Assembly (NCBI RefSeq): GCF_036321535.1
Contig: NC_087437.1
Coordinates: 97,032,001-97,096,000 of the forward strand
Origin: Camelus dromedarius
Taxonomy: Eukaryota
Length of the DNA: 64,000 bases
Reading direction: 5' to 3'
Within the stretch, counting starts at the first letter, position 1. Each line of letters opens with the position of its first letter. Both the position numbers and the translations under genes were made by a program. The notes below the pieces were generated by a model. It did no database searches. It was not told the DNA's origin and saw only the letters and a program-made list of their open reading frames with translations. Positions 1 to 12,308 of this stretch are shown here, piece after piece.

Positions 1-19
1 ATGGGAGCTCACGTACAGA

Positions 20-180
20 GACCGGATTCAAATGTCAGCTCTCCCCTTATGGCCAAGGGAACTCAGGTAAATTGTGTAACATCCTAACACAGCTTCTGCA
101 TCTCTAAGGTGCAATTGATAATGCCTACTAACCATTTCAGCATGGACACTTAATGATGCAGATAAGGCCCTTTGCAAGAT
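20..180 (+). mobile_element. MIR SINE fragment
   Basis: ggattcaaatgtcagctct...gcatctctaagg...gataatgcctac resembles the MIR core. Confidence 0.55.
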
Positions 181-1099
181 GAGTAGTATAAAATAATTTT
201 CATATATTAATACATAATATAATTTTAATTATCCACCTCATTTGTGGGTAAAGCTACTACTTCTGATAGAAGTGGTTAAAATTGGTCCGAGAAAGATAAA
301 ATCATGGCTGACTGGTAAATCTGAGTTAGCCTATAGCTAATGAGAGCATGTCTTACTAATAGCTAATTTGTTGGAAATGAAACTGCTTTGAAGTTCCATC
401 TAGGCCCATAATTTTTCACTGCTGCACTAAATTTCCAGACTGCTGGGTTAGGAGAAACCCTGCAGGGAGTATCAGTCTCTCCTTGGTAAGACAAAGGAAG
501 TAGAAACATTTTCTCCAGAAAAGGCTGTGAGTAACTGTACCTAACAGAGAAGGGGAGGTGCCTGGTGGAGGTCAAACGATACTTTGTGAGAAAGAAGTAA
601 GAAATTGAGGGAGGAGAAAAGCTGAAAATTGATAAAAGAGGACCAGAACATTTCTAGGTTGTCCCAGGGTAGCTAGAGGCCACATAAAAAGGAAGGCATC
701 CTTCTTGATTGGAAATCAATATAAAAATGGGGAGGCATAGGAAATTAAATTAATAAAGAGTTCTAAAGAAAAATATTTCCATGCAAATTTTTTCAGCTGT
801 AACTAGATTTACCTTTAATCATGCAAACCATTTCCACTTTCTCCTTGTAATTTTTCAATGCTTAAAAAAATTTTTTTTTTGAATTTAAACAATGCAAGTA
901 TATCATGATGGCCTGAAGACAACTCAAATACACATTGAGTTGCTAGTCACAGCTCTTATATAATGTGGTGGAAACTAAGACCTAAATAATTAAGGCAATC
1001 CACTTACCAAATATAAATTAAGTAACTTTTATTTATGGTAACCTGTGAGCATACAACATTATATAAGAGCAAGTCCTTACTCTCCTGAGACTTACATTC

Positions 1100-1530
1100 T
1101 CCTAGGAAATGAGTCCATGAGCCTGGCTGGGCCAAACTGAGCACCTCATTGGAACAACAGTGTTTCCAGGATGGGCATTCCACCCAAAGAGATCTTTCTC
1201 TTGATTTTTTTTTTCCCCCACAATTATTGGGAAAGTAAGAGCCCTTTCCTTCAGGAGCTTAGAACTGGAACCTTGGAGTTTCTGGGGGCCATTGTCGCCA
1301 CCCCGTGGAAAAAGATTCTTCCTAAAGATGACTTGACAGAGAAGTTCAGCTGAGAAAGGAAAGGTAGGGATTCCCAATGATTTCAGTGCCTGAATATGCA
1401 TCTATGGCTGAAATTATAATACTTTTAGACTATTAGTTATGTGAACGTTCAACCCCTCCTCTTCCTTAAACACTTAAACCATGTAAGATGGGTTTCTGAC
1501 TTTTGCAAGTAAAGTAAGGATACTAACTAA
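1100..1530 (+). mobile_element. Old MaLR LTR (MLT1J/K-like) fragment
   Basis: 3' end cttaaaccatgtaagatgggtttctgacttttgcaa...tactaactaat resembles the MLT1 terminus. Confidence 0.55.
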
Positions 1531-3829
1531 TAAAATTGATTTAGAATTTGTAAGGGTAGAAATATACAGAAAACCACAAATTAATTTTGTTTAACAAAAG
1601 CCTTTTAACAGCTAAATTTATGATCAAGTTAATGCATACATTTTTACTACACTTTAGGCACTATTAAAATCTTAAGGCTTAATCCTTTCCTGTGTTTTCT
1701 TGAAATTTAGAATAACCTAATGCTCCAAAAACAATATTACTTCAATTGATCATACTATGCTATTTCTTAGATTATATCTGAACATCTCTAGAGCTTGAAA
1801 AATGCTTGCAATTTTGGCGGTTATTTCTACTCCAGAATTCTGCTTAGACACAGTTTGAAGCCACCACTCTAAGCCCCACGCCTGTATGTTTGTGGTAAAA
1901 ATAGATTTTTTTTGTGAGCAAAATATGATGGCTTGGAAATAATTGCTACCTGCTTGTACCTTCAAGTTGCAAAACTGTCAAGTACTTCAACCTGCTAATT
2001 ATCAGCCAACAGAGCTTGGAATCGCTTTAACAGGAACAGAAACATCTTCCCTTGAAAAAACAAGAAAAAGAAAAGAAAAAAACGAAAATGTAGTCCCTGC
2101 TAAGTACTCGGTTTGTAGGAGTACAAACACATATTGTAAAATTATAAAGCAGAGAGAGAGTCATGAACAGATAACAGTTCAGTAGTGAGCTGTGAGAAGT
2201 AAGGGAAAGGGACAAGGAGAGCTACCCTGGTCATTCAAAAGGGATGCAATGTTCTACCTTTAAGCTGGGTGAGTCCCAGACAGGTGGTCATCATGTTAGC
2301 AAACTTTATGTCTAATGTGTATTTTAGTATGATTTTTTTGGCTTCAGTTTTGCATTGTCTTTTGTTTTTGTTTTTTGTTTTTTTTTTTTTTCTTTTTCAA
2401 ATCATTTTCCTAACGTGCTTTTTTTTTTTTTTAATTCATTTTCCTGTTAAGTATGTTTACTTTTCTCTGGGGATGAGGCTGTGTGGACAGGAATGGATGA
2501 GCAAGGAACTGAAATATAGTGGATATATTCAAAATATAATGTAGGTTTGTGTGTATGTTAAATTAAATATAACAAGACCACCTAGAAGATTTTTATTCCC
2601 TCAAAGAAATATTAATGTTTTAAATTATAAATTCTCAAAAGGAAGTAAAGGACATAATACATCTTATCTGACAAGGAGAAAACCCTCAATCTGTTTTTAT
2701 TCTTGATGTTATTACTATGAATGGATTTTAAAGAGTTTGTTAATGTGGTATTGTCTGAGCAATAACTTCTCTGTTTTTAATTTTATTTGTCCTCTTTTTT
2801 TCCTACTAAAAATGAGACTCCTGACTCTGAGACCTTCTTACTAGGAAGTGATTTTTTTTCCATATAAATGTTTCAAAAATAATTTTCAAAACGTAAGACA
2901 TCAATTTAATTAGACAGTATAATAGTACTTTTCAAGTAATTTATATTTTAAACATATCTTTATATAAATATTTCAACAATCAGTGAATATCACTAGACAA
3001 AATTCTCACTATTTTTTACAACCAAATTAGTTTTTTTGCACAAAGAAAAAAATTCAACTTTCTGCCTTTGCTGTATTTTTTAGAAAAGACTGAGTGACAA
3101 TTAAGTTAAATTATAAACCAGATAACTGTTTAGGAATGTGAAATTGTGAAAGATTCTTAAAACAAGTATAGCACCTTCTTTTGTGTTATGTCTAGAGCTG
3201 TATTTTTCCATAGTGTAGTTTCCATAGTGTAGTTGGTGATTGAATAAATCACGTTTATTCTTAAACCACTAGAGATCTGTGAAGCACTAAACTACTGGGC
3301 AACATGGCATTCCAGTCGCCCAAAGGAAATGCATTTTCTAAGTATGACTAATTTACAGTAGAATAAAAACTAGAATTGTTTGAATTGCCACAAAACCAAC
3401 CAACGAAATACACTCCCTAAAATATATGCTCTCAAATGCAGCCACATTATTCTGATTTCAAAATTATTTTCTGGTAAAATACTGAGAATACTAATAATTC
3501 ACATCAACTTATTGCTAGGTTAGACTGAAAATCAAGTCAAGCTTTGCAAGAGATTCCATTTCCTGAGGTATTGCATTATTACGTTCACAGAAGATTACAA
3601 AAAAACAGAATTGGGAGCAGCATAAAATATTTTTTATGCCAACATTCTTACTTTACAGGTAAGATGGGATTAGTAAGAATGTAAACTTTAATTTTACAAA
3701 TAAATTTTTTTAATATTTTAACATTTGAAATTTATAAAAAGCAAAACTAAATAATGAGAATTGTTTGATTTGGGTTTTCTTTAGTGCCGTTAACTACTCT
3801 TTTAAATAAGACTTTAATCTTATTTATTC

Positions 3830-4080
3830 CTTAACTTTTTATTTTGAAAAATTTCAAATTAATAGTAAAATTGCAGTGAATACCCGTATACATTGACTAT
3901 CCATATACACTTCATCAATTGTTAACATTTGTTACTCATTTAATATTTGTTCTTTGTTACTCTAAACTTGGCAGCATTTTCCTGTATAACCATATACAAT
4001 TTCACATTGAAAATATTTAATAGCGGTATTATACTATTATTTAATGTATAAGCCACACTCAAGCTTCCCTAAATTCAGGA
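3830..4080 (-). mobile_element. Old L1 (L1MC/ME-type) 3' end
   Basis: aactttttattttgaaaaatttcaaa...caattgttaacatttg. Confidence 0.55.
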
Positions 4081-4831
4081 AAATATCTACTTTTCAAGAC
4101 TTCTAAAATTTTATTGTTTTCAATATTTAAAATGGTTCAAAATTTTCATCTAATTTGAATTGTGTAAGTTTATTTTGGTTTTTATGTTTTGAGTAAAAAT
4201 GGTAATTTAAGAGATAACAATGGCTTATGGACATAAGCAATAAGTGACATCAATATCCCAAAGTTATGCTATCACAGTAATGTTTTGAAACGAAACTCCA
4301 TTAACTCAGATATGCTTTTAATATAAGTGTATTTAACCTAATATAACTGTACCTTCTATAGCTGGCTTTGCTAGAACGGAGAGTCCCCCTCGGTGCTAGT
4401 GTCGTAAGTAAGTAAATAAATAAATACACATTCAGAAGGCTAATTCTGAAAATCTTTCTGAAAAAAAAATTTTTTTAACTCTACACTTATTTCATCGCCT
4501 ACAGGATTTAGGTTAAATCCCTAAATATAACCTTTGCCTGAATCTTCTCTCCCCTGCTCTTCACCCTGACGATTGCCGTAGGTCTTCCTGCATTATCTGC
4601 CTCACCCCCTCCCCAGCCAAGACCACTCTCCTCTCCTCCACACGATTCCCCGAAACCTGTCCACTGGCACATCCCACCTATCAGACAAAACACAACCAAG
4701 TCCACCATCAGATGTAGCTCCCCTACTACAGCTTTAGTCGTCCTAAATGTCCCGAATCATGTACTTAGTTGAGGTGATTTTTGGTGTATTTTTAAATTGT
4801 GTCCATTTCGAAATCATTTATTTTATTCCAG

Positions 4832-5330
4832 TGTGTAAGTTATTGTCTCTCAGCTCCAGACTCACCTTTCTATACTCCACTTGGAGATGCTGGAAATGCA
4901 GTTCTGCCAGCTACATTTCTGCTTTGCTCACAGCTCTCTGTTAAGTTCTGCCAGTGAGGGGCACTAGCAGGAAAGCTGGAGGACGCAGGGCCTTGTTCCT
5001 TACAGTTTTGGGGAGCACCTTCACCTTAGCAGCAGCTGAGTCCAGCTTGCATTTTTTTGCTACACTTGCAGAGCTGGCTTACATCATGGCCCCCCTCAGA
5101 GACAGCCACCAGCCTTGTAGTTCACCCTCCTCAGAGGTCTGGGTCCCAGCCCCAGGGGAATGATACTCTAACTCTGGAAACACCAGAAAAAGGCAAGCAG
5201 CACCCTTTTCTGGGAGGCCTGAGTTCCAGCTGTTCCAGTCTTCTAACGTTGTAATAAACTCCAGCCTCTTTTCTTTGTTCCCTCAGCCACGGGGATGGTA
5301 ATAACTTGCTGAACTGCTAACTCAGTAGTC
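4832..5330. mobile_element. ERVL-type LTR (LTR33/LTR41-like)
   Basis: Starts tgtgtaagttattgtctctcagctcc...ctttctatactc...gttaagttctgccagtgaggggcactag, matching the recalled LTR33/41 consensus. Confidence 0.7.
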
Positions 5331-5339
5331 ACTGAGGGG

Positions 5340-5690
5340 TCAGTCTTTCACCATTAAGTATGATATTAGCTATAGCTTTTTGTATATGTCATTTTTCAGA
5401 TTGAAAAAATTTCCTCTATTAATCATTTGGGGGCAGTCTTTTAAAAAATTTATTATGAATGGGTGTTGAGTTGTGTCAAATGCTTTTTCTGAATCTACTG
5501 AGGTGATCATACAATGCTTTGCTTTTGTTTTGTCAATGTGCAAATATATTGATTAGTTTTCAAAAATGAAAACAAATTTGCATTCTTGGGGTATATTATA
5601 CTTTCTACATATTGCTGGATTTTATTTGCTAATGTTTTAAACAGACTTCTGTGTTTGCATCCATGTGGGATATTTGTGTATAATATTCTT
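5340..5690 (-). mobile_element. L1M ORF2 fragment
   Basis: cagtctttcaccattaagtatgatattagct...tgaatgggtgttgagttgtgtcaaatgctttttctg is antisense L1 ORF2. Confidence 0.85.
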
Positions 5691-6009
5691 TCTGTAAAGA
5701 GTAATTCTTTCTATGAAAATAAGTTTTCACAATTTCAAAAAAAAAAAAGAATTCTTTTCAGTTACCAAGTCAACTTTATACCTATTAAACAATTATTTAT
5801 ATCAAAGTCTCTCTCAGATAATTGCTGTGAATATTATACCTTCATTGGACCCTGACTTACTGAACCATGTCTGTAGTCAATCCATAACTTTCAGAGTGGC
5901 CCTTGGGCAGTAATAAAGTCAACAACAACAATAACAACAACAAAAATGTCAACGAAACTACTGAGCTGTGTTGATGCGTCTACATGTGTATCATGGAACA
6001 CTTTGAATT

Positions 6010-6230
6010 CAGCATTTACTATATGCCAAGAATGGTGATAAACACTTTAATTGCATAATCATGTTTAATCCTTGCACTATTACCAAGAGGTAGATGGTAC
6101 TGATTATTTACATTTTATAAGTGAGAGAACAGAGGCTTACAGAAATTAAGTAGCTTATTAGTCTGCAGTCCCCAAGCTGGTAAATGGAGTTGCTAAGATT
6201 CTAGTTTGTGCTTTAAGCACAAGCTATACC
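6010..6230 (-). mobile_element. MIR SINE
   Basis: catttactatatgccaag...cattttataagtgagagaacagaggcttacagaaattaagta. Confidence 0.8.
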
Positions 6231-7004
6231 ATCCAGTGGACTAGCTACACCATAACCTCAGAAAATCTGAAATTTCTACAAGCAAACCCTCAGTAACCTT
6301 ATTTTCAGCATCTTCTCTCCCCATCACTATTGGCCTCATTTCTAGTGATTTCACAGACAGAAATCCTTCGTCTTTTCCTTTCTGGCTCAGCAATGCAAAC
6401 TTCCCTAGGATAAGGGCACCTCTATATCCTGAAACCTTGCTGTTTTATAGCTCCTCCTTAACCTCATATACAAATCTACACAAATTGACTCTAAATTGAT
6501 CATACCACACTTCTCATTAAAGTATTAAAAGGATCCCAGTTACCATAGGAATGAAGTCCAAAGCCAGCATTTTAGACCCTCTGTGACCCAGGTCCAACTT
6601 ACTTTTTCCACTCCTGGGCATTGAGTACTCTTCACATCAAACTACTGTAAACACAGCCAGGGCATAGTATTTTTTTCCTGTTCTTTTCCTCCTCATACCG
6701 TGTACAGTTCCAAGCACAAAATACATGATTTGTGACTAAATGCAGGAATGAATAAAAACACATACTATAGTCCTTACTAAATGAAATTCTAAACCTTCTT
6801 CTATTTTCATGAACTTCTTTAAGTCCTTCTCTCTCCTGAATTGCTCTCTCTCCTTACCTATAAATTTCCCATTCCTCTGCACGTTCATTTAATCTGCAAA
6901 TTTATTGAATGCCTTTAACTGGTCTCATTCTTTAGCATCTGTCTGTAATTCTCTAGGGCTGCTTCTCCTATGAAGCCTATTCTGAAATCCCCACGTGATA
7001 GATC

Positions 7005-7100
7005 TTTCTCTCTTTGTCTCTGTCTCTCTTTCTCTGTCCTGTCTCCTCTCTCTCTCTATCCCTCTCCCTTTCTCTCTCTCTCTCTCTGTCTCTCTCCCTC
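7005..7100. repeat. Degenerate (TC)n microsatellite
   Basis: Direct reading. Confidence 0.9.
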
Positions 7101-7599
7101 ATGCTGACTAGACTAGGGGTTCTTATATTATCTTCCTTATAGCACATATATCCATTTTCACACTGAATCAAAGAATTCTTAAAAGTTAGGACTTTCTCAC
7201 TCATTCTTAATTCTTCAAAGTGCCTTTTTTATCGTAGACATCTTTTGAGTTATCTGAAAAAAGAGCTCTTAGAAGAGGGCTGTAATTTCAGCTGGGACTA
7301 AGAGGCTGAAGTTCCTGTATTCTATGTCCTTCCGAAGATAATGTTCTTATTTCTGTCTCCAACTCACCTATAATAAAAAGGTTGGGATTCTAAAAGGGAA
7401 GTACGATGGAAAATATGAACTGTTTGAAATCTCTCATGTTCTTTAATAAAAAGAGGCAGATTTTAGATTTTAAAATAGCATCAGACATCATTCATGATTA
7501 AACATCTATTGGATTTTAAAATAAATTACCAACTCATTACAGAGATTTCAGAAAAAAAATTGCCTGTGGTCTTTGTTTTTTATTTTCACCTATTCAATG

Positions 7600-7870
7600 A
7601 GAAGCAATGGTGCATAGAGCCTGGAACATAGATTCTGAAGTCAGACGTATTTGATGACTGAATTGCTGCTGTTATTTCCTGGGACTCTGACCTTGGAATA
7701 TTATTAAATCTCTTTAATCTGCAGTTTCCTCATAAATAAAACAAGAAAGTACTGAGTACCCATTTTGTAGGGTTGTGATAATAATTGAGTAAAATAATAT
7801 ATGTAACATGTTTAGCATAATGCCTGACAGACAGTAAGTGCACAATTTGAGCAAGCTTTTAATATTATTA
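7600..7870 (+). mobile_element. MIR SINE, near full length
   Basis: tgaccttgga...cagtttcctcataaataaaa...gtagggttgtg...tgtttagcataatgcctgacagacagtaagtgc. Confidence 0.85.
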
Positions 7871-8484
7871 ACTACTCCAGTATCTCCAGGTCCATGCAAA
7901 CTCCCCAGTACAGCTGTGGATGTGGTTAATAGGATATAAGATACAGGAATTCAGTTCCAAAGCAGTGTCAGCTCTTGAACGGAAAGTGTAGAGAAACAAG
8001 AATCCATTATATTTGTGAGGTAGAAGGGGGTGGAGATGAATGTGGCTACCAAAAGTATTAATTATGGTGAAGATTTCAGGTTAGCCCTAGGGGGAGGTTA
8101 GTTCATGTGGGAATGTGGGTTAGTGATCAGGAAAGGCAGAACTGCATTTATGCAGCTGGTGACACTTTGTGGGTGGCTGTAGTTGATATAATACAGAAAG
8201 GACAGACACACTTAGAGAAACCCAAAGGGCCCAAGGCAATACAGGGCTGTAGCAGAGTTTTCAGGGAAAAATCAAGGGTGATCAAGATAAGTAGGGCTGG
8301 TCAAATGAAAACCCAATTTTAATATGTCTAAGATATTTTGTTTATAGCTAATATTCCCCCTTATCCTTATTTGTCGGGTTGTCTTAAGTGGTTTTTGTGC
8401 CACTGGCTTTTGATATGTGGATAGTTTCAGGGTTTTCCAGTGTAAGCCAAAGGAATGTGCCTCGGCAGCCTCGGTGAGCATGGG

Positions 8485-8526
8485 CTACAAGCTTCCATAG
8501 TAAGGATGGCGGCTGCCATTATTGAC
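8485..8526 (-). CDS. Candidate terminal coding exon segment (VNNGSRHPYYGSL*) of an unidentified minus-strand gene
   Basis: Minus-strand acceptor ggctaatgacacatttcctctgttctttcccattaag|GTC has a branch-like CTAAT and a pyrimidine tract. CpGs are locally retained. TAG at 8487-8485. Frame not proven. Confidence 0.4.
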   Translation of the reverse strand, partial: VNNGSRHPYYGSL

Positions 8527-10059
8527 CTTAATGGGAAAGAACAGAGGAAATGTGTCATTAGCCAAGGTAAGGTGGGTAGTGTCACATGTAGTTTTTAATA
8601 TTTAATGAATCTATATGGGCACAATCCATTATGTGACAATTTAATTATATGACAAAAAAGTTTGATAAATAATATTGTGGTAGGACATCTAATTCATTAT
8701 TTAACAAAGAAATCAATACTTTCATAAATCATAGTTCTCCACAGATTTTTTTTTTTTTCCACCAAGTGTGTAAAAACCCTTATTCAGAATCCATAGGCAA
8801 TTTATTTTCTGGTCAGGACAAGTTTGAATGGAAGTTTAATTGGGCCCAGGACAGACATAAATTCTATTTACTTTTTCTTTAACCATTAAATGGAAAATCT
8901 TTCATTACAAGTACTTTTCAGGAAGCCTTAACTATATCCAGACAGTATTTTCCTACAGTGTTTTTTAAGAGCAGAAAGTAGGGGTAGCCATAAATTATGT
9001 ATGAAGCTATAAGAAAACAAAATAATAATACAAAAATACTTTTGTATACCCACCTTCTTCCTGGTTTGACTTCAGTATGTATTAAGATAACATTTTTTTA
9101 CTTCAATGTTTTCTTAATAGATTTATAAATATCACAGAAAATTAAATAATTATTAAATATATGCTTCCAGAATGAGACTAATTTTAATTGTTTGGACATC
9201 ATGTCATTATAAAAAAAATTACTTATTTCATTCCAGTTTAAATATTTGCAATATGGGTGATATTCCTCTCTCATTTACTTCAAATCCCATCTTATTTTTT
9301 AAGTACCATAGTGTTCTTTTACATAATTCTTTTTTTATCCAGTTTGTAATTTAATAAAAAGTCATGCTTCTTTTGGCTGAATTTTTATACATTATCAACT
9401 TCACATTCTGATTACAAATAATACTGAACAGAAGAAAACATCACTAATACTTTTTTTTTCCCACATCGTTCCTACTTAGGTTGTTTCTGATTATCGAGCA
9501 TATGTGAGTGAAGTATTTAAGATTCCAGCATTCCTCAAAAGAATTAGTAGTTTAAAAAACTATTTTCCAATAATAAAAATGACCTCTTTCATACAGAAGC
9601 CTAAACTACTAATACTCTGTAACAAATTCAGAACCACAGTATCGCTACCGAAAGCCCTTTTTGAATGTAATAAAATACATTATTTGCAAATTTTCATCTC
9701 ATTTTAGCAACTTCATTGCATTAGTAACTGTCTGTCATTATATATTTCATTATTAATGATTATTTAAAGTAATGAGGCATAAAAGCCTTATGGATGCATT
9801 TTCGTCTTTGAATGCCAATATTCTCATTTAGTTATTCTGTAAGATCTCACCTAATAGTTCATTGTTTGACATTTGGTTGAAAATGAAAATCACCACAAGA
9901 GAATGAAATTTTCTTCCACAACTACTACTGAACATTGTAAAATGGATTTTCTTTTTCCAGGGTTATGTTTTATGTAATGTTGTAGCACCCTAACAAATGT
10001 CAAAGCAGAATTAAGAGCAAGTGTAAATATTTCTGAATTAGCTGAGCCTCAGACCACAT

Positions 10060-10220
10060 AAAATCATAGTGGTTAAGATTTTGAACATGAGACCTGGCCC
10101 TGCATTTTTTTAACTTGAGGATTTGGGGCAAGTTTGTTCATCTCTCTATTCTTCAGTTTCTTCCTGTGTAAAATGAGGGTATTAATAATACCTTTCTTGT
10201 AGTGTTGTTAGAGTAATAAA
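10060..10220 (+). mobile_element. MIR SINE fragment
   Basis: ggggcaagtttgttcatctctctattcttcagtttcttcctgtgtaaaatgaggg. Confidence 0.8.
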
Positions 10221-10224
10221 ACAA

Positions 10225-11760
10225 ATTTTTTAAGCTTTCAATTTGGAAATAATTTTAGACTTTAGAAAAACTTACACAAATGTACAGAGAGTTCACATAA
10301 CCGTACATCAGCTTCCTGTAATGTTAAAAAGTCTTCTAGCCATAGTATAGTTCTCAAAGCCAGAAAGTTAAAATTACCATAATGCCATTAGTTAAATTAG
10401 AGACCTCATTAGACAATCACTTGTTTTTTCCCTCTTTTTTTTTTCCTTTTCTAGTCTTAAACGCAGGATCCTACATTGCATGTTATTCATATATCTCTTT
10501 AATCTTCCTCTAATCTAAGGTATTTCCTTAGTCCTCTGAATTTCATGCCTTGGCCCTTTTGATGAGAGTTGGGTTATCATTCCAAGGATGATAGTTTAAT
10601 TTCACTTTAATCTGATATCTTCTAATGATCATACTGAGTTTATGCATTTTTGGTAAGAACACCACAGAGATGATATTGTGTCCTTCTCTGTGGTCCTTAC
10701 CGGAGGTACACGATGCCACCATTTCTCATTAGTATTCATGCTAACCTTGACCACTTGGTTAAGGTGATGACTGCTGAGATTCCCCCTATAAGGCTATTAC
10801 TATTCACTTTGTGATAGATAAATATCTTTATGGGGGAGTATGTTGAAACTATGCAAATATCCTGTTTCTTTTCAAACTTTCACCTACTGATTTTATCATT
10901 TATCAGTGAATTTTGCCTTCAATAGTTCTTATTGTGGTTTTTATCTAACGGTGACTTTGAATTTGCTTTGAGTATTCTATATTTATTAATTGGAATATTT
11001 TATAAGGAAGCATTGTCTATTGTGCATTTATATATTTTTCAATTATTAACTTAGGCCTGTGGATATTCAATATATCAGTATTTACATTGCCCCTCAAATT
11101 GTCTTGGCTGTGCTGATTGGAATCTCCTTCAGCTTGGTTCTTCCGTCCTTTGACATGTGCTGATATTTTTTTTTAGCATTTGCTTATTTTCTGGCACTAC
11201 AAGATGTTCCAAACTCATTTTGTATTTTTCTGTCCCAACCCTAGACTCAATCACTAATCTAAGGCTCCCGGGTTCCTTTTACTGGAGAGTAACATTTAGA
11301 AAGCAAGATTAGGGTGTTAGGTATGTCCATTGCTACTAGAGCATGACTGCTTCTGAGCAATCTCAGTCAACATACTCGCACATACATAGACATTTATATT
11401 TATTTTGAAGTCTACATGTTTATATAGTAAAAATCAGACTGATAGATTTGATTCTAATTTGACACCACAAGGTTCATTCTAGCCTTCTCTCTTTCCTTAT
11501 TGGCAACCTCTTTCTGTGACAGTGAAAAATCCCAACTCTAACCATGCACAATATGGTCACTTATTTATTCAATTCTAGCTACAGACTGTATACTGTAGTT
11601 ACAAAATTGCTAAACATTAGGTAACTACAGATTTGCTAACTCATGTCCTGTGAGAAACAGATTTGCTTTCTAGAGTATGGTATTTGTATATAGTTCCTTA
11701 GTCTTTAGCTTTACAATATCCAGCCAAAATGTACTGCCATCCAAGGTTAGTTAGTTTAGC
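10225..11760 (-). mobile_element. L1MC/MD-type 3' UTR segment
   Basis: ggaaataattttagactttagaaaaacttac..., ttttctggcactacaagatgttccaaactcattttgtattttt, ccacaaggttcattctagccttc. Confidence 0.85.
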
Positions 11761-12192
11761 TCTTTACTACGAACGTACTAGCTGTTTTCACTTTCGTGAA
11801 CTGATTTTCTTAGAAGCTTTAAACTGTGCAGGGAAATTTTCTCTTTTGTTTAATTTAGGTACTGTGTTGGTAGACAAAAAGCAGGGTCTAAACCTGTTGG
11901 CCTCAGTATGAGTGTCAGCAGAAGAGCTTTTGGGTTGGAGTTAGATGACTCATGACTTTGCTGCTCATTCTCTACCTCTGCCCACCCCTGCACGATTCTC
12001 CCTGAACTTTGTTTCCCCTTAAATTTCACAAAACAGTACATACCTTGGAGGTCTGTTATGGAAATTAGAAGTGAAAATGTAGATCTTCTGTGAATAATAC
12101 CTGTGTAATTAAAAGCTTCTCATCATGTCATACTAATAATTTGCTTTCTAAGTTTGCACATATGTATGTTAGTTTTACATAAAGTGGGATAC

Positions 12193-12308
12193 CTTTGCGA
12201 AATCCAATATGGTATAAATGAGTAATGCTGCAGCCTGCATGTGAATCCATGAGGAATTCCTGGATAGTTGGTATCCTTTGAATAGTAGACGTGTAGAAGC
12301 GCTGATGT
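12193..12308 (-). CDS. Candidate internal exon, 116 nt
   Basis: Strong acceptor ccctcccttttcatcttgtcttcattgttttaag|ACA and donor AAG|gtatcc. No stop in any of the three frames, non-repetitive, three CpGs. Confidence 0.45.

Noticed and set aside
6977..7204. ORFs with RE/RD, HT or CV dipeptide runs (also 50705, 56474, 57536)
   Set aside because: Translations of microsatellites.
8508..8566. Plus-strand ATGGCGGCT...CAAG|gtaagg as a first coding exon
   Set aside because: No CpG island or promoter and no convincing downstream plus-strand partner. The minus-strand acceptor explains the segment better, though this is not formally excluded.
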